From assembly GCF_001194135.2 (NCBI RefSeq), contig NC_068987.1, positions 73,061,888-73,120,828 on the forward strand: a stretch of 58,941 nucleotides of DNA, in the 5' to 3' direction. Both the position numbers and the translations under genes were made by a program. Position 1 is the first letter of the stretch; each line of letters starts with the position of its first letter. Below, one piece after another: positions 52,681 to 58,941 of this stretch. The stretch comes from Octopus bimaculoides. Lineage: Eukaryota. The notes under the pieces are model-generated. The model was not told where the DNA came from. It saw only the letters and a list, made by a program, of their open reading frames with translations, and did no database searches.

Positions 52681-52786
52681 TTGCTGCAAGAGAGAAGAGA
52701 AATCTAATGTTTTGGACAGAAACCTTCATTTTCTCTCTAACAAAGGACCCTGCCTAAAATGTTAAGACCTCTCTTTCTTGCAGTAA
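52681..52786. repeat. Palindromic element resembling Penelope-associated hairpin ends
   Basis: TTGCTGCAAGAGAGAAGAG...AATGTTTTGGACAGAAACCTTCA is an imperfect inverted copy of AAAGGACCCTGCCTAAAATGTT...CTCTCTTTCTTGCAGTAA. Confidence 0.55.
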
Positions 52787-53252
52787 AATAATTTATTCCA
52801 CTTTGCAAACTTTTTGTATATACAACGTGCACATGTGTGCATTTGTGTTTGTCCCCATCACTGCCCAACAACCAATGTTGGCATGTTCATGTCCTTGTAA
52901 CATAGCAATTCATCAAGTGACTAGTAGAATCAGCACCAGGCTAAAAAAAAAAATGTGCTGGGGTTGATTTGTGTGACTAAGGCTTTCAAGGCAGTGCTCC
53001 ATCACAGTCACAGTCTAATTCCTGGAACAAGTAAAAGATTCTATTTGTTAACACAGACCATGGTTAGACAGATTCTGTTGTCTCAGTTAAGTAGCATTTA
53101 GTTTGATTTGATGAAGATAAGTAAAAAGAATGCAAAATAGATGAAGGTACAAGAAATCAGACAGCCAGTTGAGATCAGCAGTTCTATCTCGTTACCAGTA
53201 TTACAGAAAAATCAGAATAAGACTTTCTTTTCGATTCATAGCTGATGTAATA

Positions 53253-54065
53253 TGGTGTTGAGTTAAGAATTTTGTGATATTTTGGTAATTGTTTTATTTG
53301 TCAAGATACAGCAAAAGCAGCCTAGCGTTTAAAGTAGAGACCATCGTGTTGCACCATCTGAAGCCACCTTTCTGCCAGTTCTTTGATCCCAAGCTGATAC
53401 CAGTTCTTGTCCTTTTGTGGTGAAGAACTATTCCACTAAAGCTTCCACCTCTTCTTGAATGATTAAGTGTCACATGCACAGGAAGTGAGCCATAGACCGA
53501 AGCAAGTAATAATCTGAGGGAGCCAGGTTTGGACTGTATGCTCATCATCATCATCATCATCATCATCATCGTTTANNNNNNNNNNAACCACTCAGTGTAG
53601 TATAAATTTGATTCCCTCAAATTCCTGGAGCTTATTCCAAACCATTCAACTGGTATGAGGTCTTGTGTTGTCTTGCTGCAAAAGAGCTTGCTTTCTGTTA
53701 ACTAACGCCAGGTAATCTTGCTGCACAATAGCATACATCCATGTCAGCTGTTTGGAGTACAGGTTGACATTGATGGTTCAACCATCCGGAACCAACTCGT
53801 AAGTTATTCCCTCATAATTCCACTGGACGCAGAGCATCACCTTGTGCCTAAAATGCCTGTGTTTGGTCACAGGTTCCAGAAACTGGCCTGTGCTTAATCA
53901 CTGCTGATGCATGTTAGGATAGCAGAAAAATATCTCCCTCAGATTATTACTTGTTATGATCCATGATTGACGTCCTGCACTTGTGATGCTTCATCAATCA
54001 AAAAAATGCAAAAGCTTTGGTGAAGGACAAGCTTTGCCTCAAAGCTCAACTGGTATCAACTGGAG
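53253..54065 (-). pseudogene. Truncated mariner transposase relic (second family), interrupted by an RTE tail at about 53543-53601
   Basis: Minus strand: KVMLCVQWNYEGI, LLQQDNTRPH, AYSPNLAPSDYYLLRSMAHFL, WYQLGIKELAERWLQMVQHDGLYF; probable right TIR near 53253; 5' part missing. Confidence 0.85.
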
Positions 54066-54122
54066 ATATAAAAAAAAAAAAACAATGGTTTTACACTTTT
54101 CTATATGACATGTACATACTAT

Positions 54123-54744
54123 TCATGTAAGTGCTTCTTCATATACTATGTTTTCTGTCTTGCCATGCTTATCACTGAGAATGTAGAGGTTATTTCCATC
54201 TCCAACTCTAGAACATCCAACATACAGCTGACCATGTGAGAAGCAAGGTTGAAGGAGGTTAAGTCCCACCACCTTTAGAGATTGACCTTGTGCTTTGTTG
54301 ATAGACATTGCAAAGGTAAGTTTGACCGGAAACAGCAGTCTCTTGAACTGAAAAGGGGTGATCATTTGAAATGAGAGGTATCCTTGGAATGAAGACATTC
54401 TCACCTATCATGCTGCCTGTAATTATTGTTGCTTCCAACACATGGGGTATGGCTGTTTTAACAACCAACCTTGTTCTATTGCAGAGTCTGGGTGCATCAA
54501 GGTTTCTTAATAGCATTATGGGAGCACCTATTTTCACGATCAGAATGTGTGGTGGAAATCCTGGTGGCTGAAGTGAATTGAGGAACTCCACTAGGTAACG
54601 CGTTGCCTGTTCTTGATCATGGACAGAGTTAATTGATCTGTATGAACATTCAGGTCCTGGAGGCTGAGTTAACAAATTTAAATTCAGCTTGTCTACAGAA
54701 TCATTCCTTGGTGCCAGAATTGTTCTTTCACATAGCCACTTGTG
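54123..54744 (-). pseudogene. Helitron RepHel PIF1-family helicase C-terminal fragment
   Basis: WLCERTILAPRN, EFLNSLQPPGFPPHIL, PIMLLRNLDAPRLCN, FPVKLTFAMSINKAQGQSL, FSHGQLYVGCSRV; one frameshift near 54355-54365 and no other stops seen. Confidence 0.92.
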
Positions 54745-54771
54745 ACTAACCCTAACCCTGGTTAGTAAATT

Positions 54772-55487
54772 ATGAAATTACTTACATCAGTAAATGTGAA
54801 CTTGTTAGCGATTGAAAACGTAAACTTTTATTGAGAACAGTAACGATTGAAGTTAAAGTGATGTTGAATCGAAATTTGTCACTCAANNNNNNNNNNNNNN
54901 NNNNNNNNNNNNNNNNNNNNNNNNNNNNNNNNNNNNNNNNNNNNNNNNNNNNNNNNNNNNNNNNNNNNNNNNNNNNNNNNNNNNNNNNNNNNNNNNNNNN
55001 NNNNNNNNNNNNNNNNNNNNNNNNNNNNNNNNNNNNNNNNNNNNNNNNNNNNNNNNNNNNNNNNNNNNNNNNNNNNNNNNNNNNNNNNNNNNNNNNNNNN
55101 NNNNNNNNNNNNNNNNNNNNNNNNNNNNNNNNNNNNNNNNNNNNNNNNNNNNNNNNNNNNNNNNNNNNNNNNNNNNNNNNNNNNNNNNNNNNNNNNNNNN
55201 NNNNNNNNNNNNNNNNNNNNNNNNNNNNNNNNNNNNNNNNNNNNNNNNNNNNNNNNNNNNNNNNNNNNNNNNNNNNNNNNNNNNNNNNNNNNNNNNNNNN
55301 NNNNNNNNNNNNNNNNNNNNNNNNNNNNNNNNNNNACAGGGAAACACGAAACCGTACTTCTGTTAGTGAATGATGAAATTACTTACATCAGTAAATGTGA
55401 ACTTGTTAGCGATTGAAAACGTAAACTTTTATTGAGAACAGTAACGATTGAAGTTAAAGTGATGTTGAATCGAAATTTGTCACTCAA
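54772..55487. repeat. Identical 115-bp block on both sides of an N gap (54772-54886, 55373-55487)
   Basis: ATGAAATTACTTACATCAG...GAAATTTGTCACTCAA; upstream flanks differ. Confidence 0.9.
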
Positions 55488-56498
55488 CACCACAAATGTT
55501 CACCAAAAGAATTCTTAACCTGTTTACTGTGTATCACACTACACAGTTCCACTAAAAGGATGCACTGAGCATCTTTCTATATATACAGCTAAACATAACT
55601 ACATACTTATATTCACATATATGCAAACATATACATACCCATACATTGAAATATGTGTGTGTGTGTATATATATATATATAAACACATATAGTGTGCATA
55701 TAGGCATGCTTAAGAAGTTCATTTTGTTACACGGTTTCGAACCCACAATGCCAGTTTGGACGTAGTTACGTTCATGCTTTTCCCTTTTTCCAAGACACTT
55801 TTTCTTAATTTTGGGAAGGAAAAAATTTTTAGAATCAATTTCCATTTTATGAAACCCAGAAATACTAATCAATGAAAGGAAAGAGACATCACCTTTCCTA
55901 TAATGTATGAGACTTCGAGGGACAGCTATTTCAAAACTCTGTCATGTATGCTATTGCAGCCTCAGACCCACCAAAAATTCGTCAGTGGGTGGAAACAGTA
56001 TGGAAGCCCATTAGAAGTAGGGAAACTTAAACCGTCTCCCTGTTAAACAGAAGTATTTGATCCTTAGAGACCTTTCACGTGCAGTCCACTCCACTGAGGA
56101 CCAGGTCACAGGTCCACAGATAATATCTTATTAGGCACGAAGATGATAAAAAGAATCATGGGCGATGACCCTCTTTTTTTTCTGATAAAGTCATAAAGAA
56201 AACAGAAAATGCAACAACAGATGTCAGGTTGCCCTAACATGAATACGCCAGTGAAGAAAAAAAAAAGTGGGGCGGGGCAAATGATGACGATACATAGAAG
56301 CAATTCTTCTTAAGCATTCAACTCTCCAATTATCTAAAGCTGCAAATTCAAAATCAATTTAAACGTGGAGGTAACAATGACGATGACAATAATGGTGATT
56401 TTTACATAGGTATAAAAGCACAAATTTGCTGGAAAGGGGTGTAGTCGATTATATGTACTTAAGTATTTTACTGGTACTTTTATCAACCATAGAAGAAT

Positions 56499-56883
56499 GG
56501 ATAAAAATTTTTTTGAGTAACACCCGCACGATTTTCACTAAAAAACTCGGATTTTTTGCGTAGAATCAAGTACCCTGACCTCCTAATATGCTGCAAGNNN
56601 NNNNNNNNNNNNNNNNNNNNNNNNNNNNNNNNNNNNNNNNNNNNNNNNNNNNNNNNNNNNNNNNNNNNNNNNNNNNNNNNNNNNNNNNNNNNNNNNNNNN
56701 NNNNNNNNNNNNNNNNNNNNNNNNNNNNNNNNNNNNNNNNNNNNNNNNNNNNNNNNNNNNNNNNNNNNNNNNNNNNNGTTCGGAAAATGGTGGGTGGTGG
56801 AAACCCGAGTTGGTTTTGTTTTTTTGTTTTGTTTTTTTTTCCCCCTAGCGAAAATCGTAAGGGTGTTACTCAAAAAATTTACC
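56499..56883. mobile_element. Long-TIR element inserted in a family A SINE
   Basis: TTTTTTGAGTAACACCCGCACGATTTTCACTA / TAGCGAAAATCGTAAGGGTGTTACTCAAAAAA; ends GG...CC; AAGAAT duplicated on both flanks; gap inside. Confidence 0.7.
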
Positions 56884-57016
56884 AAAGAATGACAGAAAAA
56901 GTTGGCTTCTGAGGAAAATTTCAAGTGAGACGAAAAAGGGCGTAGAAAACACCGCAGGGCATTTTATCCACAACAACAATAATTATTGTGCACGATAATA
57001 AATAATATCAATACTT

Positions 57017-57125
57017 TTCTACAAAGGGCACAAGGCCTGAAAATTTGGTGGGGTGAGTTAGTCCATGACATCAACCCAGAGCTCAGCTGGCCCGTAATTT
57101 ATCGAGTCCGAAAGAACGAAAGGTA
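57017..57125 (-). mobile_element. SINE family A fragment with CpGs intact
   Basis: CTACAAAGGGCACAAGGCCTGAAA...TATCGAGTCCGAAAGAACGAAAGG. Confidence 0.65.
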
Positions 57126-58159
57126 GATAAATAAATAAATAGTACTAACAACAACAACAACAACAACAACGACGACGATTTCCTTCCATGAAATAATTTA
57201 TCTATTTTGCTACAAAAGGCAACGCAAAAGAACAAGTATCGGAAAACGACACAAAACATGTGAAATGTACTTTTATCAAACACAAAATACCGTTAACAAA
57301 GCAAACATAAAAATACAGCATTATTTATATGATACGATTAACACGATTACTTCCTCACATTGACTGACTTCCATAGCATTAGAGGAGATAGACGTTAATT
57401 CGATTTTGAACCGACCCGAGTTTAAAACTGGTACTCATACTTTATATACGGAGGTTAGCCAGGCAAAGGGCAGACGGAAGTCGCCACCTTAATTCTTCCT
57501 TTGCCATGAAGGCAAACAAGTGCAAATGATTAAAAAAAAGAAGCAATAATACATTCACGCAAACCATAGTCATTCAAAACAGGGTCGCCATGTAAAAAAA
57601 AAAAGGAGCTACTCACATACACCCGTTTTCATTTCATTCATTCATTCACAAACCAATGAAAGACGTGGGTATATCCAGAACAGATTTATACATACCTTGC
57701 ATATATATATATACACACGTATGTACACACACGCACACACTTAGGTGTGTTTTTAGTGTGTAAAACTTGTGCAAATTAACAATGCAGAATCAGTATATTT
57801 CACAGGATATACATACATACGTATGCGTGAGTGTGTATGTGTATACGTATATACAATAGTACGTAAATATACATGCAACATAACAGACGCACGTACAAAA
57901 TGGCTAACAGAATTTTTAAAAAATAATGTGTGCGTGTGTGTTCGCATGTATTAAATATAAACATGCACTACTTTGAAAAGCTGAAGAACGGCACATTTTT
58001 CATACATACATATTCAGATACACACATGCGCATACGCAATAAAACATTTTTTGTTTCTTTTCTACATAAAACAGTTATACACCTGCAAGAAGCAGTGTTT
58101 CAAACAACTACATTCAATTCATTCTCACCTTGAAGAAAGTGAGTGTATATACAAATAGC

Positions 58160-58535
58160 AAGCATAGACAGAGACATAGATAATAGGGATAGATACAGAC
58201 AGACAGACAGATAGGTAGATAAATAGAGATAGACAGACAGACAGACAGATAGACAGATAATAGGGATAGATAGACAGACAGACAGATAATAGGGATAGAT
58301 ACACACAGACAGACAGATAGGTAGATAGATAATAAAGATAGACAGAGAGACAGAGATAGATAATAGAGATAGACAGACAGATAGAGAGATAGAAAGAGAG
58401 AGACAGACAGACAGACAGCAACCGAGTTTACATACACACACACAAAATATATGTATGTGTATGTATGTATGTATGTATGTATGTATGTATGTATATATAT
58501 ATATATAGATATATAGATAGATATATAGATATAAA
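58160..58535. repeat. Compound (GATA/GACA)n, (GTAT)n, (AT)n microsatellite
   Basis: Direct tetranucleotide and dinucleotide runs. Confidence 0.95.
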
Positions 58536-58899
58536 TATACATGGAACAAGACGTATTCTTGTCTGTCTCCTGTCCAAGCTTGATTTGTGTTTGCCACGAC
58601 AACCTCGTTTAGGCTTAGCAGCACTTCCTGTTTGTGTTACCAATTTTGACCCTCTGCAAAATCCCAAATTTTATTTAATTTGCTTTGCAGGAGCAATTGT
58701 TTTATTGAAAGTGTATCTTGTTAAATGCTTGAAATACGAGAATAGAAAAACAGCCAACAACTGATGAAGGGTCGTTCTTTATGTTGTTTATCTTGTTTTC
58801 CATTTGTATCTGTCGTTGTTTGAAAAATAGTTCATATTGCATGTACTCGGACTTCGTATTTTTTATTGTACACGTTTCATGACTTCCTGTGCTCACATA

Positions 58900-58941
<42 letters not shown>

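Larger units (their letters stand above)
55340..58900. promoter_or_regulatory. CpG-retaining, promoter-like region
   Basis: Visibly more CpG than upstream; GC box GGGGCGGGGC 56269-56278; ETS-type motifs CGGAAGT near 57475 and ACTTCCTG at 58623 and 58882; minus-strand donor AAG|GTGAGA at 58128. Confidence 0.35.

Noticed and set aside
54772-55487. 115-bp perfect repeat as a biological tandem repeat
   Set aside because: It flanks an N gap and could be haplotype or overlap duplication; unresolved without long reads.
58100-58667. Multiple overlapping ORFs of 79-174 aa
   Set aside because: Translations of tetranucleotide microsatellites.
58760-58800. CTGATGA as a hammerhead ribozyme core
   Set aside because: No stem II followed by GAAA.

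Overview
AT-rich, repeat-saturated animal genomic scaffold with eight N gaps (9302-9809, 23711-24014, 28674-29113, 36363-36372, 44732-44847, 53576-53585, 54887-55335, 56598-56777). The SINE, MITE and (GAT)n-tailed RTE families look like those of octopus; this is recalled from memory, not searched. I find no intact protein-coding ORF, rRNA, tRNA or CRISPR array, and almost all supplied ORFs are microsatellite, N-gap or repeat artefacts. Recognisable protein relics are all transposon-derived: a full-length D34D mariner (35375-36672), a second truncated mariner (53253-54065, -), a Helitron PIF1-type helicase fragment (54123-54744, -), a CR1/L2-group LINE RT fragment (44430-45810, -) and RTE C-termini. 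Non-autonomous families include TTAA piggyBac-type MITEs, 8-bp-TSD hAT MITEs and several tRNA-headed SINEs. The window is plausibly intronic sequence of a large gene: CpG is depleted over the first ~55 kb, then retained in a promoter-like zone at the right end, and there are candidate minus-strand microexons. That gene model is inference only. Best leads: a tandemly duplicated two-hairpin element with a covarying stem (11.4-12.0 kb), a candidate microexon pair with very long AG-exclusion zones, an inverted SINE pair enclosing a near-perfect hairpin, a LINE-UTR-born minisatellite that changes unit length, and a telomeric-repeat junction on the Helitron fragment. Coordinates of decayed repeats are approximate and all counts were made by eye.
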